From the NCBI GenBank assembly GCA_050730175.1, contig JBOHMN010000387.1, positions 13,336 to 77,335 on the forward strand: a stretch of 64,000 nt of DNA. Direction: 5' to 3'. Below are positions 45,915 through 55,345 of the stretch, piece by piece (positions within the stretch are counted from its first letter, which is position 1; each line of letters opens with the position of its first letter). This DNA is from Acetobacteraceae bacterium. GTDB lineage: Bacteria > Pseudomonadota > Alphaproteobacteria > Acetobacterales > Acetobacteraceae. The notes under the pieces were generated by a model, which was given only the letters and a program-made list of their open reading frames with translations, was not told the DNA's origin and ran no database searches. Position numbers and translations under genes: made by a program.

Positions 45915-46943
45915 CTACGGCTTTCCGCCCGCCGCGGCGGGAAGCGGCACCGGGTGGGGGGAAAGCGTGCGGAGGAAGGCAATCACATCAGCCCGGAGCG
46001 GCGCCTGCGGGATGCCGGCGAACGTCATCTTGGTACCAGGCGCAACCTTGGAAGGGTCGGTCAGCCAGGCATCGAGATTGGCGTAGGTCCAGTTCCCGCC
46101 GAGCTTCTTGATCGCACTCGAGTAATCGAAGCCCTTCATCGAATGGCGCGGACGATCGACCACGTCATAAAGATCGGGGCCGATCTTCGCGCCGGCGCCT
46201 TCCTTGTAGTTGTGACAAGCGGCACAGACCTGTTCGACGAACTGCTCGCCCTGCTTGACATGAGCGTGGTCGATGAGAGCGGCGAAGCTCGCCGGCATGC
46301 CGGAAGGTGCTGCGGCAGCCGCCGGCACGCTGGCGACGAGCGGCGCGGTGGCGACGGGCGGCTTGGCGGCGACGGGCGGCTTGGCGGCGACGGGCGTGAT
46401 CTTGGGCAGCGGCACCGGGTGGGGCGAAAGAGTACGCAGGAATGCGATGACGTCAGCCCGGGTCTTCGTGTCTTTGATGCCGGAATACGTCATCCGTGTT
46501 CCGGGCGCGATCGCTTGCGGGTCATACAGCCAGAGATCGAGGTTGTGGTACGTCCAATCCCCGGTGAGCTTCTTGATCGCATCCGAGTAATCGAACCCTT
46601 TGACCGAATGCCGCGGGCGGTCGACGACGTCATAGAGATCGGGGCCGATCTTGGCCCCACCCCCGGCGGTATAGTTGTGGCAGGCCGCGCAAACCTCTTC
46701 AACGAACGCCTGCCCCTTCTTCACGTTGGCGCTGGCGAGCAGCGGCTCGATCGGGGGTATAGCGGGGGCCTTGCTAGCGACCGCCTTCGGCTGACTTTTC
46801 TCCGCCACCATGAATACGGGCTTGGCGAGCTCGGTCGGGCGCACAACCGCCTGCGCGATGTAGCGGGTGACCATGAAGGTGATCCCGGTCACCAGCACAC
46901 TCGCGATGGCCATGTTGACTTTCAGGCTGTCCATGCGGCGCAT
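45915..46943 (-). CDS. membrane-anchored di-haem cytochrome c (two tandem class-I domains)
   Basis: ORF 45915..47084 trimmed to MRRMDSLKVNMAIASVLVTGITFMV (TM anchor). Contains CAACH twice, GTRMTY and GTKMTF as Met ligands, and a PVAAKP repeat linker. Confidence 0.85.
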   Translation of the reverse strand: MRRMDSLKVNMAIASVLVTGITFMVTRYIAQAVVRPTELAKPVFMVAEKSQPKAVASKAPAIPPIEPLLASANVKKGQAFVEEVCAACHNYTAGGGAKIGPDLYDVVDRPRHSVKGFDYSDAIKKLTGDWTYHNLDLWLYDPQAIAPGTRMTYSGIKDTKTRADVIAFLRTLSPHPVPLPKITPVAAKPPVAAKPPVATAPLVASVPAAAAAPSGMPASFAALIDHAHVKQGEQFVEQVCAACHNYKEGAGAKIGPDLYDVVDRPRHSMKGFDYSSAIKKLGGNWTYANLDAWLTDPSKVAPGTKMTFAGIPQAPLRADVIAFLRTLSPHPVPLPAAAGGKP

Positions 46944-47130
46944 TCCGTTCGTTGTCGATCCGCCGGAGGACAGCCGTGACCCGTTGCGTTGCGGGCCCGC
47001 TGGCAACCTCCTAAGATGCGACGCACCATAAGGAAACCGCGGGGCCCCTTCAACCCGGGCGCCGCGGGCAGGAATGTAGCGCAAGGATGACCAGGGCCGG
47101 CTTGGGCGATCTGTGGGATCTCACCGTCCC

Positions 47131-47979
47131 ATGAGCGACCGCATCGCCTTCCAGGGTCGTCCGGGCGCTTATTCTGATCTTGCCTGCCGCACCGCGTATC
47201 CTGGCTTCGCGACGGTGCCCTGCGAGACGTTCGAGGCAGCGATCGAGGCAGTTCGGGATGGCGCAGCCACGCTGGCCATGTTGCCGTGCGAGAACAGCCT
47301 TGCCGGGCGGGTGCCCGACATCCATCGGCTGCTGCCGCAAAGCGGCTTGTTCGTGGTCGGGGAGCATTTCCAGAGGGTCGAACATTGTCTGCTCGGGCCT
47401 CCCGGGGCGCGGCTTGCCGACGTGCGGCGCATTCACTCGCACGCCGTGGCGCTCGGACAGGTCCGTAGCCTGGTCAAGGAGCTCGCTGCGACCCAGGTGG
47501 TAGAGGTGGATACCGCCGGCGCCGCGGGCCTGGTTGCTGAGTGGGGGCGCTTCGAAGACGCAGCCGTTGCCTCGGCGCTGGCGGCCGGAATCTACGGCCT
47601 TTCGATTCTGCGCCGGAATGTCGAGGATGCCGCACACAACACCACGCGCTTCTACGTCATGGCGCAGCACGCGCTCGATCCGCCGATGCACGGCGCCCCT
47701 ACATTGACGACCTTCGTTTTCCGGGTGCGCAACGTGCCAGCTGCCCTCTACAAGGCACTCGGCGGCTTCGCGACCAACGGCGTGAACATGACCAAGCTCG
47801 AAAGCTACATGCTGAACGGCGAGTTCACGGCAACGCAATTCCTCTGCGATGTGGAGGGGCACCCGGAACAGGTGGGCTTGCGCAACGCGCTCGAGGAACT
47901 CTCGTTCTTCTCGCGCGAGACGCGCATTCTCGGCGTCTACCCACAAGCAACAGTCCGTGGTGCCGTAGCGACGGCATGA
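47131..47979 (+). CDS. pheA: prephenate dehydratase
   Basis: Starts MSDRIAFQGRPGAYSDLA and contains ENSLAGRV, with a C-terminal ACT domain. ATG at 47131 is preferred over GTG at 47113. Confidence 0.9.
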   Translation: MSDRIAFQGRPGAYSDLACRTAYPGFATVPCETFEAAIEAVRDGAATLAMLPCENSLAGRVPDIHRLLPQSGLFVVGEHFQRVEHCLLGPPGARLADVRRIHSHAVALGQVRSLVKELAATQVVEVDTAGAAGLVAEWGRFEDAAVASALAAGIYGLSILRRNVEDAAHNTTRFYVMAQHALDPPMHGAPTLTTFVFRVRNVPAALYKALGGFATNGVNMTKLESYMLNGEFTATQFLCDVEGHPEQVGLRNALEELSFFSRETRILGVYPQATVRGAVATA

Positions 47980-47982
47980 AGC

Positions 47983-48252
47983 TCAGGGGGTCGGCGGCAC
48001 AACCGGCTCGACGCCGCCTTGCGGGACGACGCCGCGATCCTGCAGGCAACGATATGTGCCCTCACGGCGGAGGTAGGCGAGCTCTCCGGCGTTCTCTCGG
48101 GCGAGCCTCGCGCTGTGGGCCGAACTGGACTCGAGCGCTTGAATTTGCGGGTCGCGCTCGGCCTGGCGGCGGCAAAGTGCCTGTGGTGAATGATCGGTCG
48201 CACAGGCTGCCGGCAGAAGTGCTGCGAGGAGCAGAACGGAGCGAAGCTGCAT
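47983..48252 (-). CDS. small hypothetical lipoprotein
   Basis: 89 aa. Signal peptide plus lipobox MQLRSVLLLAALLPAAC. Third codon positions are GC-rich. No homolog recognised. Confidence 0.45.
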   Translation of the reverse strand: MQLRSVLLLAALLPAACATDHSPQALCRRQAERDPQIQALESSSAHSARLARENAGELAYLRREGTYRCLQDRGVVPQGGVEPVVPPTP

Positions 48253-48293
48253 GGGCGATTCCCGGCGCTTGCGGTCAATACGGCTTTGGCGGA

Positions 48294-48400
48294 CTAGAGC
48301 AATATCACCCTGACTGGAATCGCCAGATGCCAGTCAGGGCGATGAAATTGCTCGAGAAAATAAACATAGAGCGTGTTCAGTGAGGCTGAACGCGCTTTAG
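48294..48400 (+). repeat. composite palindromic intergenic repeat, type 1, copy B
   Basis: Starts CTAGAGCAATATCACCCTGAC and ends GAGCGTGTTCAGTGAGGCTGAACGCGCT. Same architecture as copy A in the opposite orientation. Confidence 0.85.
48351..48396 (-). terminator. Rho-independent-type terminator for nudC, part of repeat B
   Basis: On the minus strand, an 11-bp stem (48370-48380 / 48386-48396, one G-U pair) is followed by TATGTTTATTTTCTCGAG. Confidence 0.55.
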
Positions 48401-48439
48401 CGATCCGGTCCGCGCAAGCCATGGCATTGATCGAGGAAG

Positions 48440-49411
48440 TCAAGCGACAACGGGATGATTGGAAAGCACCCCACTCTCGCCGTTCGCCATCCAGTCCTCG
48501 ATCAGGCGCCGGGCGATCGAATCGCGGCGCGGCAGACTGAATCCAAGGCTTTCGTGGGCCGCCATATCGCTCCGGGTGAACCACCTTGCATCCCTGAGTT
48601 CCGCTGCCTGCAGAATGATCTCGCTCGTCAGTGCCTCGGCGTAAAACCCGAGCATGATCGAGCCCGGGAATGGCCAGGGTTGGCTCGAGTGATACTGGAC
48701 GCGGCCGACTCTGACCGAAGTCTCTTCCCGTACCTCGCGCGCGACCGCCTCTTCCAGGCTCTCGCCCGGTTCGACGAAGCCGGCAAGCGTCGAGTACATG
48801 GCTGCACGCGGAAAGCGGTGTGAATGGCCCAAGAGCGCGCGTGAGCCGTCGGTGACCAGCATGATTACGGCAGGATCGGTGCGCGGAAAATGTTCGGCCC
48901 CGCAGCTCGGGCAACGCATCACGTTGCCCGCGGCGGCCGGTACGCACAGGGCGCCGCAAACGCCGCAGTAACGGGTGCGGCTGCGCCAGTTGAGCAGCCC
49001 GCGGGCGTGCGCCAGCAACGCCGCCTCGCTCGGCGGCAACAGGCCCGGCACCGTGCGCAAATCGGTGAAGTGGCCCGGCAGTCCGGGCAGCACCGCGGCC
49101 GGGTCGGCCGACGCCAGATCGAACGCAAACAGCGGGGAGCCCTCGAGCAAGCCAAGGAATGCCCAGGGAAACGGGCCGGTGCCGTCAGGCAGGCAAAGCC
49201 CGCCTGCGGCTGCCGCCGGAAGAAAGACGGCCGTCGGCGCATTCTGATCCGCATCGCGAATCAGGTTCTTCGCTTGCCAGAGCGGCAGAAAAAGGCTCTC
49301 CGGAGCGGAGAGTTCCGCCGCAATCCAGTCTTTGTCCTCACGCCGCTCCACCGCGCGGTCGAGCGGGCTGCCGGTGTAGGGATTGGGGCGGCGGGCTAGG
49401 ATCAGGTTCAC
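48440..49411 (-). CDS. nudC: NAD+ diphosphatase (NADH pyrophosphatase)
   Basis: 323 aa. Zinc ribbon CGVCG...CPSCG. Nudix box GFVEPGESLEEAVAREVREETSV. GTG start. Confidence 0.88.
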   Translation of the reverse strand: MNLILARRPNPYTGSPLDRAVERREDKDWIAAELSAPESLFLPLWQAKNLIRDADQNAPTAVFLPAAAAGGLCLPDGTGPFPWAFLGLLEGSPLFAFDLASADPAAVLPGLPGHFTDLRTVPGLLPPSEAALLAHARGLLNWRSRTRYCGVCGALCVPAAAGNVMRCPSCGAEHFPRTDPAVIMLVTDGSRALLGHSHRFPRAAMYSTLAGFVEPGESLEEAVAREVREETSVRVGRVQYHSSQPWPFPGSIMLGFYAEALTSEIILQAAELRDARWFTRSDMAAHESLGFSLPRRDSIARRLIEDWMANGESGVLSNHPVVA

Positions 49412-49511
49412 ACGCTCTCGGCCTTCGCAAGGAATTCAAAGTGACGTTCGCATGTGCGGGCCGGTTACGGCAACACGCTGACGCGAACGTGGGGGCATGC
49501 TATCAAGCTCC

Positions 49512-49600
49512 GGGGGGTCGGCGATGGACGGGCGCCTCGCCAACCCGGTCAGGTCCGGAAGGAAGCAGCCGTAACGAGTTTCCGCCCGGGTCGTTGTTCG
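49512..49600 (+). ncRNA. ffs: signal recognition particle RNA (4.5S type)
   Basis: Contains GGUCAGGUCCGGAAGGAAGCAGCC, the universally conserved domain IV motif. 5' GGGGGGUCG pairs with 3' CGGCCCCCC. Lies immediately upstream of dnaX. End coordinates are good to about 5 nt. Confidence 0.9.
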
Positions 49601-49719
49601 GCCCCCCACCCCCGCAATCCACCGCCCCCGGTGGTCCTCCGTCGGGTGGTGCCCATGGCGCCCGCTCTGAGGTCGGGCGTTTGGGTGGTACGCATCGAAA
49701 CGAGGTGTCGCAAGCGCGC

Positions 49720-51633
49720 ATGTCCGGCTCATTCGAGGATCTTCCGACGCCTGCCGGGCCAGGCTTGTTCGAGGGCGCCACCGCGGAGCGCCCGGGTGCG
49801 CTCGTCGCGAGCGCTGCCGGCGTGCCGTATCGGGTCCTGGCGCGCAAATATCGGCCGAGGCTCTTTTCCGAGCTGATCGGGCAGGAGGTGATGGTGCGCA
49901 CCCTCACCAATGCCTTCGCGACCGGGCGGATCGCGCACGCCTTCATGCTCGCGGGTGTCCGCGGCGTCGGTAAGACGACGACCGCGCGGATCATCGCCCG
50001 CGCACTCAACTGCGTCGGACCGGATGGCCAAGGCGGACCGACGGCCGCGCCGTGCGGGGTCTGCGCCAACTGCACGGCAATCCTCGCCGAGCGCCATCCC
50101 GACGTCGTTGAAATGGATGCCGCTTCGCGCACCGGGGTCGACGATGTCCGCGAGATCATCGAGGCAACACGATTTCGGCCGCTCCAGGCACGCAAGCGCG
50201 TCTTCATCATCGATGAAGTGCACATGCTTTCGCGCAATGCTTTCAACGCCCTTTTGAAGACGCTGGAAGAGCCGCCGGCGCATGTGGCATTCGTGTTCGC
50301 GACGACGGAAATCCGCAAGGTGCCGCTCACGGTGCTCTCGCGCTGCCAGCGCTTCGACCTCAGGCGTCTGACCGTTGCCGAGCTTACGGCGCATTTCGCG
50401 CGGATCGCAGAGGCAGAGGGCGTGTCCGTCACCCCGGAGGCGCTGGCGCTGATCGCGCGGGCGGCGGACGGCTCGGTCCGCGATGGGCTTTCGCTGCTTG
50501 ACCAGGCGATCGCGCGGGAGGCCGAAAGGGGGCCGATCGGCGCGGACACGGTCGCAGCGATGCTGGGCATGGCGGAACGCGAGGCAGTGTTCGACCTGCT
50601 CGAGGCAATCCTTGCCGGCAAGCCGCAGGCCGCTCTGGCCGTGGCGGATGCGGCGCATGTACGCGGCGCGGACCCCGGCCTGCTGCTTGCCGATCTGCTC
50701 GCGCTTCTGCATAATTTGAGCCGGCTCAAGGCCATTCCGGCGCTCAAGGATGATCCCGATCTGCCCGAGACGGAGCGTACCCGGGGGGCTCGCATCGCCG
50801 CGCAGGTGTCGGTGCCGGTGCTCGCCAGAGCGTGGCAAATGGCACTCAAGGGCACACAGGAAGTGGAAAGCGCACCGGATCGGCGCGCGGCCGCAGACAT
50901 GGTGTTGATCCGGCTTTGCTATGTCTCGGACCTCCCTGCGCCCGGCGAGCTCGTCAGGATGATCACCACCGAGCGGGCTCAGGCGGCCGGCACGGCCGCT
51001 CCTGCCGCCCTGGCGCCGGCCCCCCGCGCGCCGCGCCTGGCGATGTCCTCCATCCCGTCGGGGCAAATCGCTCTTGACCCGCATTGCGAACCGCTCCAGG
51101 AGCGCACCGGGCCGCGCGAGATAACCACCGAGGGGACGCACCGGCCCGGGCAAGGGGCGCCCCGCGGAACCGGCGTGCTTGCCGTTGCCAGGGCGCTTGA
51201 TGCGGCATTGCCAGCGAGCTTCCGCGAGGTCGTTGCGCTGGCGACGGAGGCACGGGAGGCGGTGCTTGCGGCGCAGCTTCTGCACCATGTTCGCTTGGTG
51301 CGGTTTGCGCCGCCGGTGATCGAGATCGCACCGGAGCAGGAAGCTCCTCCGGATCTCGCTCAGCGGCTCGCCCGGTTTCTGCTGGCCAAAACGGGTACGC
51401 GCTGGACGATCGCACTGGCCACGGGGCCGGGAGAGCCGACGCTCGCCGAGCAGGATCGCGCGGCCGAAGCGGCGGTTCGTTCGGCAGCGCGGCAGCACCC
51501 GGTGGTGAGCGCGATCCTTGAAGCGTTTCCGGGTGCGGAAATCACCGCGCTCCGCGAGATCGGGATCGAACTGCCGCCGAGCGAGGAAGTTGCAACAGAT
51601 GAGCCACCAGCGGACGGCGGCGAGGAGGGATGA
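49720..51633 (+). CDS. dnaX: DNA polymerase III subunits gamma/tau
   Basis: ORF 49159..51633 trimmed to the ATG at 49720 (MSGSFEDL). Contains [23 protein letters not shown] and a Zn module CGVCANC. Confidence 0.93.
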   Translation: MSGSFEDLPTPAGPGLFEGATAERPGALVASAAGVPYRVLARKYRPRLFSELIGQEVMVRTLTNAFATGRIAHAFMLAGVRGVGKTTTARIIARALNCVGPDGQGGPTAAPCGVCANCTAILAERHPDVVEMDAASRTGVDDVREIIEATRFRPLQARKRVFIIDEVHMLSRNAFNALLKTLEEPPAHVAFVFATTEIRKVPLTVLSRCQRFDLRRLTVAELTAHFARIAEAEGVSVTPEALALIARAADGSVRDGLSLLDQAIAREAERGPIGADTVAAMLGMAEREAVFDLLEAILAGKPQAALAVADAAHVRGADPGLLLADLLALLHNLSRLKAIPALKDDPDLPETERTRGARIAAQVSVPVLARAWQMALKGTQEVESAPDRRAAADMVLIRLCYVSDLPAPGELVRMITTERAQAAGTAAPAALAPAPRAPRLAMSSIPSGQIALDPHCEPLQERTGPREITTEGTHRPGQGAPRGTGVLAVARALDAALPASFREVVALATEAREAVLAAQLLHHVRLVRFAPPVIEIAPEQEAPPDLAQRLARFLLAKTGTRWTIALATGPGEPTLAEQDRAAEAAVRSAARQHPVVSAILEAFPGAEITALREIGIELPPSEEVATDEPPADGGEEG

Positions 51634-51956
51634 TGAAGAATCTTGCCGGCCTGATGAAGCAGGCCTCTGAGATGCAGGAAAGAATGCAGGAGATGCAGGC
51701 GAAACTCGCGGCGATGGAGTGCGAAGGCAGCGCCGGCGCGGGCTTGGTTTCCGTGGTGCTGAACGGCAAGGGGGAGCTCAAGCGGGTCAGAATCGACCCC
51801 AAGCTTGCAACCCCCGAAGATCGCGAGATGCTCGAGGATTTGCTGGTCGCCGCGCACGCCGAAGCGAAGCGACAGATCGAGGCGCTGACGGCAGAGGAAA
51901 TGCAAAAGGTGACCGGGGGAATTTCGCTGCCACCCGGAATGAAGCTGCCGTTCTGA
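51630..51956 (+). CDS. ybaB: YbaB/EbfC nucleoid-associated protein
   Basis: 108 aa starting [27 protein letters not shown] overlap with dnaX. Confidence 0.92.
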   Translation: MMKNLAGLMKQASEMQERMQEMQAKLAAMECEGSAGAGLVSVVLNGKGELKRVRIDPKLATPEDREMLEDLLVAAHAEAKRQIEALTAEEMQKVTGGISLPPGMKLPF

Positions 51957-51972
51957 CCAGCACGGGCGGAGA

Positions 51973-52566
51973 ATGGGCGGCCCAGAGATCGAGCGGCTGA
52001 TCGCACTGCTTGGCAAGTTACCGGGGCTCGGGCCGCGCAGCGCGCGACGGGCAGCGCTCAAGCTTCTGCAGAATCCGGAGGCGCGCATGCGGCCGCTCGC
52101 AGCTGCGCTCTCCGAGGCAGCGCTTGCCGTTAGGCCATGCCGGGAGTGCGGCAACCTCGATAGCCGCGACCCCTGCGCAATCTGCACTGCGCGCGGGCGG
52201 GACAGAAAGCTTATTTGCGTCGTCGAAGGGGTAGGGGATCTTTGGGCGCTTGAGCGTTCGGGCGTCTATCACGGCCTTTATCACGTGCTCGGCGGCACGC
52301 TCTCGGCACTCGATGGTGTCGGGCCTGACGATCTCAACCTCGCCCCGCTTCTCGCGCGCCTGGGCCAAGGCGGCGTCGCGGAGGTGATTCTTGCCCTCGG
52401 TGCGACGGTCGACGGTGCCGCGACCGCGCACTGGCTCACCGGACGGCTCGTGCCATTCGGCGTTGCGGTGAGCCGCCTCGCGCATGGCGTGCCGATCGGC
52501 GGCGCAATCGACGTGCTCGATGACGGAACCCTCGCGACGGCGCTCTCGGCGCGCCGCCCGTTCTGA
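51973..52566 (+). CDS. recR: recombination protein RecR
   Basis: 197 aa containing LPGLGPRSARR, a C4 zinc finger CRECGNL...CAIC, and a Toprim domain. Confidence 0.94.
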   Translation: MGGPEIERLIALLGKLPGLGPRSARRAALKLLQNPEARMRPLAAALSEAALAVRPCRECGNLDSRDPCAICTARGRDRKLICVVEGVGDLWALERSGVYHGLYHVLGGTLSALDGVGPDDLNLAPLLARLGQGGVAEVILALGATVDGAATAHWLTGRLVPFGVAVSRLAHGVPIGGAIDVLDDGTLATALSARRPF

Positions 52567-52773
52567 TATTGCGACGTAAGCCGAGAATGCAGACTGTGCG
52601 GCGGTCACGCGTGCAATTGAGACATCGGACGCCGCACTGAGCTGAGTGGCCGGGCGTGCAAGCCGCGGGGCGGGCAGCCCGCGCCGCCACACGCAAACCC
52701 TCCTCGCAGCCACGGCCGGAGCCCCACTTCCGCCTGTGATTGCGGAGGGGTATGAGCAAACCGCGGAACTGGT

Positions 52774-54312
52774 GTGAACATGCCCGCTCTGCTTGAAGTC
52801 GAGGCCCTGAGCAAGTCCTTCGGATCGACGCATGCCCTGCAGGGTGTGACGTTTTCCTGCGGCCGGGGTGAGATACACGGCCTGGTTGGCGAGAACGGTG
52901 CCGGGAAATCGACGCTGCTCAAAATCCTGGCTGGCGTATTTCCACCGGATAGCGGCGAGATCAGGCTGGACGGTGCGCGAATTCGGTCGTTCAGCCCAAG
53001 CACCGCGGGAAGACGCGGCATCGCCATTATCTACCAGGAGTTCTCGCTGATCCCGGCGCTCACCGTCGCCGAGAACATTCATATCGGTCGGGAGCCGGAA
53101 AGACGGTTCGGCCGCCTCGACCGCGCTCAGATGCGCGAAACCGCACGCGCGGCGCTTGTCCGGCTCGGGCTCGCGATCGACCCTGATCGCAGCATCGGCA
53201 CGCTGACCGTCGCCGAGCAGCAGGCGGTGGAAATCGCGCGGGCGCTCGCAGTCAACGCGAAGTTGTTGATCCTCGACGAGCCGACCGCCGCGCTGGCCGA
53301 GCGCGAGGCGCAGCGCCTGCTCGAGATCCTGGCGAATGCCCGCGACCACGGCACCAGCATCGTCTTCGTCTCGCACCGGCTGCACGAGGTGTTGCAGATT
53401 GCCGAAGCCATCACCGTGCTCAAGGACGGTCGGGTCATGGCAAGCCGCCCCGCCAGCACCTTCGACGAATCCCGGCTGATTTCGCTGATGGTGGGGCGCG
53501 AGCTTGCCCACACGTTTCCGCCGCGGCACGCAATATCGCACGCTGAGGTGGCGCTGCAGGCGGCGCATCTCACGGCTCGTGACCGAAGCTTCATCGATAT
53601 CAGCTTCTCTGTCTATCGGCAGGAGATCCTCGGTATCGCCGGCCTGGAAGGCCACGGGCAGCGGGAACTGTTGCGCGCGTTGTTCGGCCTCGAGCCACTC
53701 CGCGAAGGAGAGATCCGGATCGGCGAGAAGAAGCTCTCCTCCCCTGCGCCCCGCCGATCCATCGACCGGGGCATCGCTTTCGTCAGCGATGACAGAAAAG
53801 GCGAAGGGCTGATCCTGCCGTTCGACACGGCGGCCAATATCAGCCTGGCAACGATGCGGCGGCGCCAGACCGCGGGCTTCATTCACCGCCGCGCGGAAAG
53901 AAGAACCGCGCGCGAGATGGTTGAGCGGCTGCAGATCCAGCCGCCGACCCTGACCCGCCTTGTCCGCTATCTCAGCGGCGGCAATCAGCAGAAAGTCGTG
54001 CTCGGCAAATCGCTGATCGCGGCGCCCCGCGCGTTGCTGCTCAGCGAGCCGACCCGCGGCATCGATGTCGGCACGCGGGTGGAAATCTACGCCCTGCTCC
54101 GCCGGCTGGCGGACGAAGGGCTTGGTGTCCTTGCCGTCTCACGCGATATGGTCGAGCTGCTCGGTCTGTGCGATCGCATCCTGATCATGGCGGATGGCCG
54201 GATCACAGCCGAGCTGGATGGCGCGAGTGCGACGGAAGAGGCCATCATGGGGGCCATCGTGGCCGGCAGCCGGCGGTCGCTGGATTGGCGCGCCGCGCAA
54301 CCGGCAACGTAG
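52774..54312 (+). CDS. sugar ABC transporter ATP-binding protein (two NBDs)
   Basis: 512 aa containing GENGAGKST and LSGGNQQKV. Start is GTG at 52774 or ATG at 52780. Confidence 0.92.
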   Translation: MNMPALLEVEALSKSFGSTHALQGVTFSCGRGEIHGLVGENGAGKSTLLKILAGVFPPDSGEIRLDGARIRSFSPSTAGRRGIAIIYQEFSLIPALTVAENIHIGREPERRFGRLDRAQMRETARAALVRLGLAIDPDRSIGTLTVAEQQAVEIARALAVNAKLLILDEPTAALAEREAQRLLEILANARDHGTSIVFVSHRLHEVLQIAEAITVLKDGRVMASRPASTFDESRLISLMVGRELAHTFPPRHAISHAEVALQAAHLTARDRSFIDISFSVYRQEILGIAGLEGHGQRELLRALFGLEPLREGEIRIGEKKLSSPAPRRSIDRGIAFVSDDRKGEGLILPFDTAANISLATMRRRQTAGFIHRRAERRTAREMVERLQIQPPTLTRLVRYLSGGNQQKVVLGKSLIAAPRALLLSEPTRGIDVGTRVEIYALLRRLADEGLGVLAVSRDMVELLGLCDRILIMADGRITAELDGASATEEAIMGAIVAGSRRSLDWRAAQPAT

Positions 54313-54327
54313 CTTCACAGGGCGGGC

Positions 54328-55329
54328 ATGTCGCTCGGGCGGTTCCTCAACGTCTATTCGCTGTTTGCCGTGGTGTTTGCCGTCGGCTACGCGCTTTTTC
54401 CGCCCTTCCGGCACTGGTCGAACATGAGCGAGCTGCTCGGCGACTCGGTGCCGCTCCTCCTCGTCGCGGTCGCCCAGCTCTTCGCGATGGTGGTGTGGGG
54501 CATCGACCTTTCGGTCGGCTCGATCATGAATGTCGTGATCACGGTCGCCTCGTTCACCTTCGCGGGCCCGTGGTACGCGCTCTGTGCCGGAATGATCGGA
54601 TGCATCGTTCTCGGCGCGGGCCTCGGGCTGGTCAACGGGCTCCTGATTTCGCGCCTCCGCCTGCCGGATTTTGTCGTCACGATGGCGACTTTCATCGGCT
54701 ACCAAGGGCTCGCGCTGACGATCCGGCCAACGCCCGGCGGCAGCGTCAATCCGGGGCTGCTTTCGTTCACCTACGCGAGCACTTTGCACATCCCCAACCC
54801 GACGTGGGTCGCCGCCGGGTTGCTCTGCATCCTCGCTTACGTTCTGCACGCGAGCCGGCTCGGGCATTACATGGTGGCGGTGGGATCGAACCGGGAGAAC
54901 AGTTACCTCCTCGGTCTGCCGGTCGAGCGTGTGCGCACGCTCGCCTATGTCATGAGCGGCGTCGCGGCGGCGATGGCTGGCGTATTCCTGATGGGGCTGA
55001 TCGGCACCGGCTCGGCGGATGCCGCAGATCCCTATCAGCTCGATTCGATCATCGCGACGGTCATCGGCGGGACAAGCCTCTATGGCGGGGAGGGGAGTGT
55101 GCTCGGCACCGTGTTCGGCGTGCTGATCCTGGAGATCGCGCTGAAGATGCTGACCTACGCCAATCTGCTCGGAAGCTATATCCAGGTGTTCGACGGGGCG
55201 GCCGTGCTGGTTGTCGTCGCACTCCTGTCGGCTATTCGGTTCTACGGCAGGGATCGTCGGCGGAGCAAGCGGGCGCTTCCGGGGGAGCCGCCGGAAGGCG
55301 GATCGACATCGCAACAACCAACCACGTGA
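54328..55329 (+). CDS. ABC transporter permease
   Basis: 333 aa hydrophobic ribose-type TMD. Confidence 0.88.
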   Translation: MSLGRFLNVYSLFAVVFAVGYALFPPFRHWSNMSELLGDSVPLLLVAVAQLFAMVVWGIDLSVGSIMNVVITVASFTFAGPWYALCAGMIGCIVLGAGLGLVNGLLISRLRLPDFVVTMATFIGYQGLALTIRPTPGGSVNPGLLSFTYASTLHIPNPTWVAAGLLCILAYVLHASRLGHYMVAVGSNRENSYLLGLPVERVRTLAYVMSGVAAAMAGVFLMGLIGTGSADAADPYQLDSIIATVIGGTSLYGGEGSVLGTVFGVLILEIALKMLTYANLLGSYIQVFDGAAVLVVVALLSAIRFYGRDRRRSKRALPGEPPEGGSTSQQPTT

Positions 55330-55345
55330 GCAAAAGGAGTTGAAC

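Noticed and set aside
49159-49719. N-terminal 187-codon extension of dnaX in the ORF track.
   Set aside because: It has no DnaX-like sequence and overlaps the SRP RNA gene. The conserved DnaX N-terminus ([10 protein letters not shown]) begins shortly after the ATG at 49720.
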